Source: Macrostomum lignano (lineage: Eukaryota). Taken from it: a stretch of DNA of 59,493 nucleotides. Under the pieces are notes generated by a model, which was given only the letters and a program-made list of their open reading frames with translations, did no database searches and was not told the origin of the DNA. A program made the position numbers and the translations under genes. Below are positions 15,981 to 31,546 of this stretch, one piece after another (positions within the stretch are counted from its first letter, which is position 1; each line of letters starts with the position of its first letter). The stretch spans positions 1-59,493 of the forward strand of contig NIVC01004121.1 in the NCBI GenBank assembly GCA_002269645.1, given 5' to 3'.

Positions 15981-18900
15981 ATATTCCAACCCACAGAATC
16001 TCCCACATTCCAACCCACAGAACCTCCCATATTCCAACCCACAGAACCTCCCACATTCCAACCCACAGAACCTCCCACATTCCAACCCACATAATCTCCC
16101 ACATTCCAACCCACATAATCTCCCATATTCCAACCCACAGAATCTCCCACATTCCAACCCACAGAACCTCCCATATTCCAACCCACAGAACCTCCCACAT
16201 TCCAACCCACAGAACCTCCCACATTCCAACCCACATAATCTCCCACATTCCAACCCACATAATCTCCCATATTCCAACCCACAGAATCTCCCACATTCCA
16301 ACCCACAGTGGACCCACATTCCAGCCCACAGAATCTCCCACATTCCAACCCACATAATCTCCCACATTCCAACCCACAGAACCTCCCACATTCCAACCCA
16401 CAGAATCTCCCATATTCCAACCCACAGAATCTCTCATATTCCAACCCACAGAATCAACCACATTCCAACCCACATAATCTCCCACATTCCAACCCACAGA
16501 ATCTCCCACATCCCAGCCCACAGAATCTTCCATATTCCAACCCACAGAATCTCCCATATTCCAACCCACAGAATCAACCACATTCCAACCCACAGAATCT
16601 CCCACATTCCAACCCACATAATCTCCCACATTCCAACCCACAGAACCTCCCATATTCCAATCCACAGAACCTCCCACATTCCAACCCACATAATCTCCCA
16701 CATTCCAACCCACAGAACCTCCCACATTCCAACCCACAGAATCTCCCACATTCCAACCCACATAATCTCCCACATTCCAACCCACATAATCTCCCACATT
16801 CCAACCCACAGAATCTCCCATATTCCAACCCACAGAATCAACCACATTCCAACCCACATAATCTCCCACATTCCAACCCACAGAATCTCCCATATTCCAA
16901 CCCACAGAATCAACCACATTTCAACCCACATAATCTCCCACATTCCAACCCACAGAATCTCCCACATTCCAACCCACAGAATCTCCCATATTCCAACCCA
17001 CAGAATCAACCACATTCCAACCCACAGAATCTCCCACATTCCAACCCACAGAATCTCCCATATTCCAACCCACAGAATCTCCCACATTCCAACCCACAGA
17101 ATCTCCCACATTCCAACCCACATAATCTCCCATATTCCAACCCACAGAATCTCCCACATTTCAACCCACAGAACCTCCCATATTCCAACCCACAGAACCT
17201 CCCACATTCCAACCCACATAATCTCCCACATTCCAACCCACATAATCTCCCATATTCCAACCCACAGAACCTCCCACATTCCAACCCACATAATCTCCCA
17301 CATTCCAACCCACAGAATCTCCCACATTCCAACCCACAGAATCTCCCACATTCCAACCCACATAATCTCCCATATTCCAACCCACAGAATCTCCCACATT
17401 TCAACCCACAGAACCTCCCATATTCCAACCCACAGAACCTCCCACATTCCAACCCACATAATCTCCCACATTCCAACCCACAGAATCGCCCATATTCCAA
17501 CCCACAGAATCGCCCATATTCAAACCCACAGAATCAACCACATTCCAACCCACAGAATCTCCCACATTCCAACCCACAGAACCTCCCATATTCCAACCCA
17601 CAGAACCTCCCATATTCCAACCCACAGAATCTCCCATATTCCAACCCACAGAATCAACCACATTCCAACCCACATAATCTCCTACATTCCAACCCACAGA
17701 ACCTCCCATATTCCAACCCACAGAATCTCCCATATTCCAACCCACAGAATCAACCACATTCCAACCCACAGAATCTCCCACATTCCAACCCACAGAACCT
17801 CCCATATTCCAACCCACAGAATCAACCACATTCCAACCCACAGAATCTCCCATATTCAAACCCACAGAATCAACCACATTCCAACCCACAGAATCTCCCA
17901 CATTCCAACCCACAGAACCTCCCATATTCCAACCCACAGAACCTCCCACATTCCAACCCACATAATCTCCCACATTCCAACCCACAGAATCGCCCATATT
18001 CCAACCCACAGAATCGCCCATATTCAAACCCACAGAATCAACCACATTCCAACCCACAGAATCTCCCACATTCCAACCCACAGAACCTCCCATATTCCAA
18101 CCCACAGAACCTCCCATATTCCAACCCACAGAATCTCCCATATTCCAACCCACAGAATCAACCACATTCCAACCCACATAATCTCCTACATTCCAACCCA
18201 CAGAACCTCTTATATTCCAACCCACAGAATCTCCCACATTCCAACCCACATAATCTCCCACATTCCAACCCACAGAACCTCCCACATTCCAACCCACAGA
18301 ATCTCCCACATTCCAACCCACAGAACCTCCCACATTCCAGCCCACAGAATCTCCCACATTCCAACCCACATAATCTCCCACATTCCAACCCACAGAATCT
18401 CCCATATTCCAACCCACAGAATCTCTCATATTCCAACCCACAGAATCAACCACATTCCAACCCACATAATCTCCCACATTCCAACCCACAGAATCTCCCA
18501 CATTCCAACCCACAGAATCTCCCATATTCCAACCCACAGAATCAACCACATTCCAACCCACATAATCTCCCACATTCCAACCCACAGAATCTCCCACATT
18601 CCAACCCACATAATCTCCCACATTCCAACCCACAGAACCTCCCATATTCCAATCCACAGAACCTCCCACATTCCAACCCACATAATCTCCCACATTCCAA
18701 CCCACAGAATCAACCACATTCCAACCCACAGAATCTCCCACATTCCAACCCACATAATCTCCCACATTCCAACCCACAGAATCTCCCATATTCCAACCCA
18801 CAGAATCAACCACATTCCAACCCACATAATCTCCCACATTCCAACCCACAGAATCTCCCATATTCCAACCCACAGAATCAACCACATTCCAACCCACATA

Positions 18901-21900
18901 ATCTCCCACATTCCAACCCACAGAATCTCCCACATTCCAACCCACAGAATCTCCCATATTCCAACCCACAGAATCAACCACATTCCAACCCACAGAATCT
19001 CCCACATTCCAACCCACAGAATCTCCCATATTCCAACCCACAGAATCAACCACATTCCAACCCACAGAATCTCCCACATTCCAACCCACAGAATCTCCCA
19101 CATTCCAACCCACAGAATCTCCCATATTCCAACCCACAGAATCAACCACATTCCAACCCACAGAATCTCCCACATTCCAACCCACAGAATCTCCCATATT
19201 CCAACCCACAGAATCAACCACATTCCAACCCACAGAATCTCCCACATTCCAACCCACAGAATCTCCCACATTCCAACCCACATAATCTCCCATATTCCAA
19301 CCCACAGAATCTCCCACATTTCAACCCACAGAACCTCCCATATTCCAACCCACAGAACCTCCCACATTCCAACCCACATAATCTCCCACATTCCAACCCA
19401 CATAATCTCCCATATTTCAACCCACAGAATCTCCCACATTCCAACCCACATAATCTCCCATATTCCAACCCACAGAACCTCCCACATTCCAACCCACATA
19501 ATCTCCCACATTCCAACCCACAGAATCTCCCACATTCCAACCCACAGAATCTCCCACATTCCAACCCACATAATCTCCCATATTCCAACCCACAGAATCT
19601 CCCACATTTCAACCCACAGAACCTCCCATATTCCAACCCACAGAACCTCCCACATTCCAACCCACATAATCTCCCACATTCCAACCCACAGAATCGCCCA
19701 TATTCCAACCCACAGAATCGCCCATATTCAAACCCACAGAATCAACCACATTCCAACCCACAGAATCTCCCACATTCCAACCCACAGAACCTCCCATATT
19801 CCAACCCACAGAACCTCCCATATTCCAACCCACAGAATCTCCCATATTCCAACCCACAGAATCAACCACATTCCAACCCACATAATCTCCTACATTCCAA
19901 CCCACAGAACCTCCCATATTCCAACCCACAGAATCTCCCATATTCCAACCCACAGAATCAACCACATTCCAACCCACAGAATCTCCCACATTCCAACCCA
20001 CAGAACCTCCCATATTCCAACCCACAGAATCAACCACATTCCAACCCACAGAATCTCCCATATTCAAACCCACAGAATCAACCACATTCCAACCCACAGA
20101 ATCTCCCACATTCCAACCCACAGAACCTCCCATATTCCAACCCACAGAACCTCCCACATTCCAACCCACATAATCTCCCACATTCCAACCCACAGAATCG
20201 CCCATATTCCAACCCACAGAATCGCCCATATTCAAACCCACAGAATCAACCACATTCCAACCCACAGAATCTCCCACATTCCAACCCACAGAACCTCCCA
20301 TATTCCAACCCACAGAACCTCCCATATTCCAACCCACAGAATCTCCCATATTCCAACCCACAGAATCAACCACATTCCAACCCACATAATCTCCTACATT
20401 CCAACCCACAGAACCTCTTATATTCCAACCCACAGAATCTCCCATATTCCAACCCACAGAATCAACCACATTCCAACCCACATAATCTCCCACATTCCAA
20501 CTCACAGAATCTCCCACATCCCAGCCCACAGAATCTCCCATATTCCAACCCACAGAATCTCCTACGAGGGGCGTCCGGAAAGTAGTGTTACTTTTGCTTG
20601 GTGTGGACGTATGGACAGTCACACTTGCATGTGCTTGGTGTCATTTGAAAGCGGCAAGTCTCTTCTTTAAAATGACACCAATTGCAAGAGATTTGAATCT
20701 GTGCTTCAAGAGATATGGACGATTAAGTAGAGAAAGGTCAGTCATAGATTTACAGAACCTCAAAAATGTCAACAGAAAAATTTTACGAGTTTATCGATTT
20801 TTTCGTAATCATGGGCTGTCTATGGCCAAATGTGATGCAGTGAACGGGAGGGGCTGTCTCATAAAACTACGAGACTTGTAAAACTGCTTCTGCTGCGCCT
20901 GCAAAGTTTATTGACATTCAATTTTCAATTGTGAACTGCAAATGGATGTGCATTCAAAGACTGGGCAGCGACATGCCATCTTTACACTTTGGAGCTCCGG
21001 AACCAAATCGGCTGACATCCACAGGCAACTTTGCACAGCTCATGGCGACCATGCTGTCAGCAAAATGACAAGTCTGCCAACCGATGAATGATTTTAATGT
21101 TGTTCGCTTGTTTGATAATTTGCTTGTTATCTGTTTCATCTGCTTCTGTACTGTACTGTTGTGTTTTTTGTTTTTTCTGGAGTAATTACGCTCGTGATAA
21201 AAGTTTTCTGTTGACATTTTTGAGGTTCTGTAAGTCTATGACTGACCTTTCTCTACTTAATCGTCCATATCTCTTGAAGCACAGATTCAAATCTCTTGCA
21301 ATTGGTGTCATTTTAAAGAAGAGACTTGCCGCTTTCAAATGACACCAAGCACATGCAAGTGTGACTGTCCATACCTCCACACCAAGCAAAAGTAACACTA
21401 CTTTCCGGACGCCCCTCGTATATTCCAACCCACAGAATCAACCACATTCCAACCCACAGAATCAACCACATTCCAACCCACAGAATCTCCCATATTCCAA
21501 CCCACAGAATCTCCCACATTCCAACCCACATAATCTCCCACATTCCAACCCACAGAACCTCCCATATTCCAACCCACAGAACCTCCCATATTCCAACCCA
21601 CAGAACCTCCCATATTCCAACCCACAGAACCTCCCATATTCCAACCCACAGAATCTCCCATATTCCAACCCACAGAATCAACCACATTCCAACCCACATA
21701 ATCTCCCACATTCCAACCCACAGAACCTCCCATATTCCAACCCACAGAATCTCCCACATTCCAGCCCACAGAATCTCCCATATTCCAACCCACAGAATCA
21801 ACCACATTCCAACCCACATAATCTCCCACATTCCAACCCACAGAATCTCCCACATCCCAGCCCACAGAATCTCCCATATTCCAACCCACAGAATCTCCCA

Positions 21901-22607
21901 TATTCCAACCCACAGAATCAACCACATTCCAACCCACAGAATCTCCCACATTCCAACCCACAGAACCTCCCATATTCCAACCCACAGAATCAACCACATT
22001 CCAACCCACAGAATCTCCCACATTCCAACCCACAGAACCTCCCATATTCCAACCCACAGAACCTCCCATATTCCAACCCACAGAATCTCCCATATTCCAA
22101 CCCACAGAATCTCCCACATTCCAACCCACAGAATCTCCCACATTCCAACCCACAGAATCTCCCACATTCCAACCCACAGAATCTCCCACATTCCAACCCA
22201 CATAATCTCCCACATTCCAACCCACAGAACCTCCCACATTCCAACCCACATAATCTCCCACATTCCAACCCACAGAATCTCCCATATTCCAACCCACAGA
22301 ATCAACCACATTCCAACCCACATAATCTCCCACATTCCAACCCACAGAATCTCCCACATTCCAACCCACAGAATCTCCCACATTCCAACCCACATAATCT
22401 CCCACATTCCAACCCACAGAATCTCCCACATTCCAACCCACAGAACCTCCCACATTCCAACCCACAGAATCTCCCACATTCCAACCCACATAATCTCCCA
22501 CATTCCAACCCACAGAATCTCCCACATTCCAACCCACAGAACCTCCCACATTCCAACCCACATAATCTCCCACATTCCAACCCACAGAATCTCCCACATT
22601 CCAGCCC
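15981..22607. repeat. 6.6-kb 24-bp satellite array (CCACATTCCAACCCACAGAATCTC), interrupted by a mariner element
   Basis: About 240 units; rare unit variants recur at 504-bp and 2208-bp offsets. Confidence 0.98.
20565..21418 (+). mobile_element. Non-autonomous, internally deleted mariner element (854 bp) with about 215-bp terminal inverted repeats
   Basis: TA target duplication at 20563-64 and 21419-20; termini CGAGGGGCGTCCGGAAAG. TIRs 20565-20779 and 21204-21418 differ at 2 positions. Internal ORF 20942-21091 (MDVHSKTGQRHAIFTLWSSGTKSADIHRQLCTAHGDHAVSKMT) resembles the mariner N-terminal HTH. Confidence 0.93.
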
Positions 22608-22701
22608 AACAGAATCATTCATTATCTAATCTAACAGAATTACGCGTATTCCCTTCTGGAAACCTGATTATCTATTGCTTTACAGACCAATCCAACACAA
22701 C

Positions 22702-27213
<4,512 letters not shown>

Positions 27214-27309
27214 TTTCAAGCTTACGTGAACTTTTCTTCCAATTCTGACATCTGCCCGGACCCCTGCGGTGATTGATTTTATATTTATTGCGCCGTGCCA
27301 TTCTCGACT

Positions 27310-27990
27310 GTGTTCCCCTCTCCCCCGATATGTTTCCCCCCCCCCCCGCTGTGTTTTTCCCTCTGCCCCCCGCTGTGTTTTCCCCTCTGCCCCCCGCTGT
27401 GTTTTCCCCCTTCCCCTGATATGTTTCCCCCCTCCCCCGCTGTGTTTTCCCCTCTGCCCCCGCTGTGTTCCCCTCTCCCCCGATATGTTTTCCCCCTTCC
27501 CCTGATATGTTTCCCCCTCCCCCCGCTGTGTTCCCCTCTCCCCCGATATGTTTTCCCCCTTCCCCTGATATGTTTCCCCCTCCCCCGCTGTGTTTTCCCC
27601 TCTGCCCCCCGCTGTGTTCCCCTCTCCCCCGATATGTTTTCCCCCTTCCCCTGATATGTTTCCCCCCTCCCCCCGCTGTGTTTTCCCCTCTGCCCCCCGC
27701 TGTGTTTCCCCTCTCCCCGCTGTGTTTTCCCCTCTCCCCCCGCTGTGTTTTCCCCTCTCCCCGCTGTGTTTTCCCCTCTTCCCCCGCTGTGTTTTCCCCT
27801 CTGCCCCCGCTGTGTTTTCCCCTCTGCCCCCCGCTGTGTTTTCCCCTCTGCCCCCCGCTGTGTTTTCCCCTCTTCCCCGCTGTGTTTTCCCCTCTGCCCC
27901 CCGCTGTGTTTTCCCCTCTGCCCCCCGCTGTGTTTTCCCCTCTACCCCCCGCTGTGTTTTCCCTCTCCCCGCTGTGTTTTCCCCTCTCTT
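27310..27990. repeat. C/T-rich minisatellite (CCCCGCTGTGTTTTCCCCTCT) downstream of TyrRS
   Basis: Direct. Confidence 0.93.
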
Positions 27991-28589
27991 CCCATTTCCC
28001 ATCTCTTCCCACGGATTTCTTCTTCCCTACTTTAGCGCCACACTATTGATATTACTTTTCTTGAGAGAGGATGTTTCTCTAATATTTCTGTATTGTTTTA
28101 TTAATTTTTCCTAACGTATAGTATAACTAAACATAATATTTGAACTGATACTGAGTCTGACAAACAAATCTTTATCAATTATCGGTCCGTTTTCGCTTTT
28201 CTATCGTGAAAGCCCTATAGCGTATTTTTTTCCATTTGAGTTCCTCGGGATCTTCACTGCTGCCTCTTGGCTATATTCGGCTATTGATCTTCGGTTGTCG
28301 CTTCTTGACCTTGTGTAGCTTATTCTACAAGCAGTAAATCCGGATCATTTAAGTACCCTATAGTTATGTAATTTGGTTTGAGTTGTCAAATCTGACTTTA
28401 AGCGGATCTTTTTGCAACCGGCTTTGTCCAGACTGCAGTTGTCTTTAAGATAGTTAATAAAATTGAAACCAGCCCATGTATGCTTTTGTGATTTAACTGC
28501 GGCTAGCTTTTTTCAAAGTGACGCGATTGTGGTTACCTAGATTATGCTAAAGACTGATTAATTGTTTCATTTTATAACACCGGCCATTA

Positions 28590-29005
28590 CAGATCCCCAG
28601 TTGCTGGGCCAGCCTCTCAGATCCTCAGTTGCTGGGCCACCAGCCTCCCGGATCCTCAGTTGCTGGGCCACCAGCCTCCCCGATCCTCAGTTGCTGGGCC
28701 AGCCTCTCAGATCCTCAGTTGCTGGTCCAGCCTCCCAGATCTTCAGTTGCTGGTCCAGCCTCCCAGTCTTCAGTTGCTGGGCCAGCCTCCCAGATCCTCA
28801 CTTGCTGGGCCAGCCTCCCAAATCCTCAGTTGCTGGGCCAGCCTCCCAGATCCTCACTTGCTGGGCCAGCCTCCCAAATCCTCAGTTGCCGGGCCAGCCT
28901 CCCAGATCCTCAGTTGCTGGGCCAGCCTTCCAAATCCTCAGTTGCCGGGCCAGCCTCCCAGATCCTCAGTTGCTGGGCCAGCCTTCCAAATTCTCAGTTG
29001 CTGTG
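28590..29005 (+). repeat. 28-31 bp minisatellite (CAGATCCTCAGTTGCTGGGCCAGCCTCC)
   Basis: Direct; the same family occurs inverted at 45325-45950. Confidence 0.95.
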
Positions 29006-29367
29006 TCACCGCCACCCATTTCTTTTCGTATTTATAAGTAACAGTTTGATAATTAATAATTTGTAAATGACAGACACAACGCGTTATCTACTGTTAAGTT
29101 TCGAATTTCAAACAATTATTGGATCAATGGTATATTTTAATCAAGCTTGCAGCATCTGACAAAGTACGCGTTGACAATTAGGCTAAATAGTTTATTATTG
29201 TGAATTATACATGCAAATGACCATAGTAGCTTGCAGTGTTACCTAGCAAGGTTATCTCGTATTGTCATGGCGCTGAAACATCTGTAGTTATAGAGGTATT
29301 GAAAATCCAGGTGTGTGGGGCATTGACAAGGGAGCTAGGAGCCCCAGCAACTACGGTTCTTCAGTGA

Positions 29368-30261
29368 CTACTTTCGATCGTGTACCGCTGAAGCTGCCTC
29401 TTCAAGGTACACTTGCAGAGCTATAATGAATAAGAGGTGTATTGATGAAACATTGATTCAGTATATTGAAATCCCTGATGTACAATATCAACTACAAGCT
29501 AGTGCAAGTCACGTGAGACTGGAAGCCAGGTGGTGCCTCCTGCACCTGTAGCAGACTCCGCCCAGGCCCACAGTACCTCTTGGCGCTGCCTTCTTAGCCC
29601 TGCCCGAGCCAAACTGCCGACTATCCAGGTCCGGCAGCACATTGCTCATCTTCTGCAGATCCATCAGAGTCGCTTTCACATCCTCCGGCAGGGTCTGGTT
29701 GCTGAGAATCTCTTTGAGCACTGCAGCAGTGTTCTCGCGGCGTTCGGCGGGGGTCAGGGCGGACTCTGCTGCGCTGGCAGCTGCCGATCGCCACATCTGG
29801 CTGCTGCGATGGTGCTCGGGCGAGTCTAGCAGTGACGGGAGCTGCTGCCGCCTGCCGCTGCCTGCGGTGGCGGCGCCCTCCGGTTTAGTCGGCGGCGCAG
29901 TCTGGCCAGCTGCAGCTCCGACTGTTGGAGACGAGCTCTGAGCTCGGTGTACTGCTCCAGGGTGCAGCAGCTGCGGCCGGGTCGGCTGGCTGTGGCGCAG
30001 GGTGGAGCGCCTGCCGCCGTCTGCTTCTGCTGAGTGTATGGCTTGTGGTACACGGAGTATGGGAACTGGTAATTGCGCGTAAGTTTGATTAGGTTACTAC
30101 TTACAGTATGAAGTGGTGCATTGCAGCTGCGTGCAAGTTAACATTCTATTCTATTTCAGTGCACGGAAGTATGCGATTAAACCAGGTCAATAGGGATATC
30201 TAATAGTACATTGGTCTGTAATATTTACTACTGGATTCAACAATTAAGTGAACTTAATCCA

Positions 30262-30349
<88 letters not shown>

Positions 30350-30883
30350 TAGAGCACCGGGAGATGAGATGAGAGAGAGTAGATAGAGCTCAGGGAGCTA
30401 AGAGAGGAGTAGATAGAGCAGAGGGAGATGAAAGAGTAGATAGAGCAGAGGGAGATGAGAGAGGAGTAGATAGAGCAGAGGGAGCTGAGAGAGGAGTAGA
30501 TAGAGCAGAGGGAGATGAGAGAGGAGTAGATAGAGCAGAGGGAGATGAGAGAGGAGTAGATAGAGCAGAGGGAGCTGAGAGAGGAGTAGATAGAGCAGAG
30601 GGAGATGAGAGAGGAGTAGATAGAGCAGAGGGAGATGAGAGAGGAGTAGATAGAGCAGAGGGAGATGAGAGAGGAGTAGATAGAGCAGAGGGAGATGAGA
30701 GAGGAGTAGATAGAGCAGAGGGAGATGAGAGAGGAGTAGATAGAGCACAGGGAGATGGTAGAGAGAGAGAGAGAGAGTAGAGACTGAGAGCAGCAATGTT
30801 TAAACACAGCACAACACGCATCACAGCAAAAGCTGGCGCACAAACAGGGTCCAAGGTACCTTAATGTTAGCATTGCTGGACAT
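29368..30883 (-). CDS. Hypothetical 195-aa protein, four exons including a 22-nt micro-exon
   Basis: Exons 30883-30860, 30126-30105, 30065-29577 and 29420-29368 total 588 nt with GT-AG junctions and no internal stop: MSSNANIK-LQCTTSY-FPILRVPQ...ENTAAVLKEILSNQTLPEDVKATLMDLQKM...ALQVYLEEAASAVHDRK*. The frame is also open upstream of the ATG to an acceptor near 30928, so more 5' exons are possible. Confidence 0.6.
30265..30780. repeat. (GA)n plus 30-bp minisatellite (GAGTAGATAGAGCAGAGGGAGATGAGAGAG)
   Basis: Direct; intronic. Confidence 0.95.
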
Positions 30884-31546
30884 CAGCGTTGAGTCACCGT
30901 TCAATTGCTTGACAGCATCTTCTGCTGCTAAAAGAGGCAAAGAAATTTGTTAAATAAACATTTAAAGCACTGCATTCAAAGCCAGAGGCAAGTACAAGAA
31001 GTCACGATGTTTAATAAAATAATTTAATTGTTCATTTTATAGAAGCTAGAAATAAGTGGTAAACGCTATTCAATTATAACTAGTTAGACAAAAAACTATT
31101 GTACATGTCGTTTCAATACTACTGTCATACTACTGATAATTCTACTTCTATCATCGTGGCTTTTTGTCTAGTATTATCTATCTAGCAGGCCTCTGTGTGG
31201 GTTAAATTTTTGAGCTAAGGTGTTAATGCACACAAAATAACGCGAAACACCCACAACAAGCACTGCAAAGCAAGTTTATATTATAAGTGTGTGAGGCAAA
31301 CAGATTAGAGCATGACTCATAAAGGAAGTTTATTCAAAAAAATATTTTTTGCGTACCATTGAGCCTCGAGTCATGAGATCTGGAATCGAAAGTCAGTTGG
31401 AAAACTGCGCAAACTATTCTACTGGTAGTAAAAGTATTAACAAATCGGCAATTATTTTTTCAAAAATCTGTTGAATTTGCCTACTATAGGTAGAAATGCA
31501 AGGAAAAGGCAGGATTTATTTGAGAAATTGCGTCAAAAATGTCCTC

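Noticed and set aside
15826-20670. 1614-aa and 1425-aa ORFs of HSNPQNLP / HIPTHRIS octapeptides
   Set aside because: The 24-bp unit lacks stops in several frames on both strands. Variation is not biased to synonymous sites, there is no signal peptide or coding-like start context, and a mariner interrupts the array.
29826-29900. Apparent frameshift between ORFs 29826-30053 and 29509-29796
   Set aside because: Resolved without an indel by the 22-nt micro-exon at 30126-30105.
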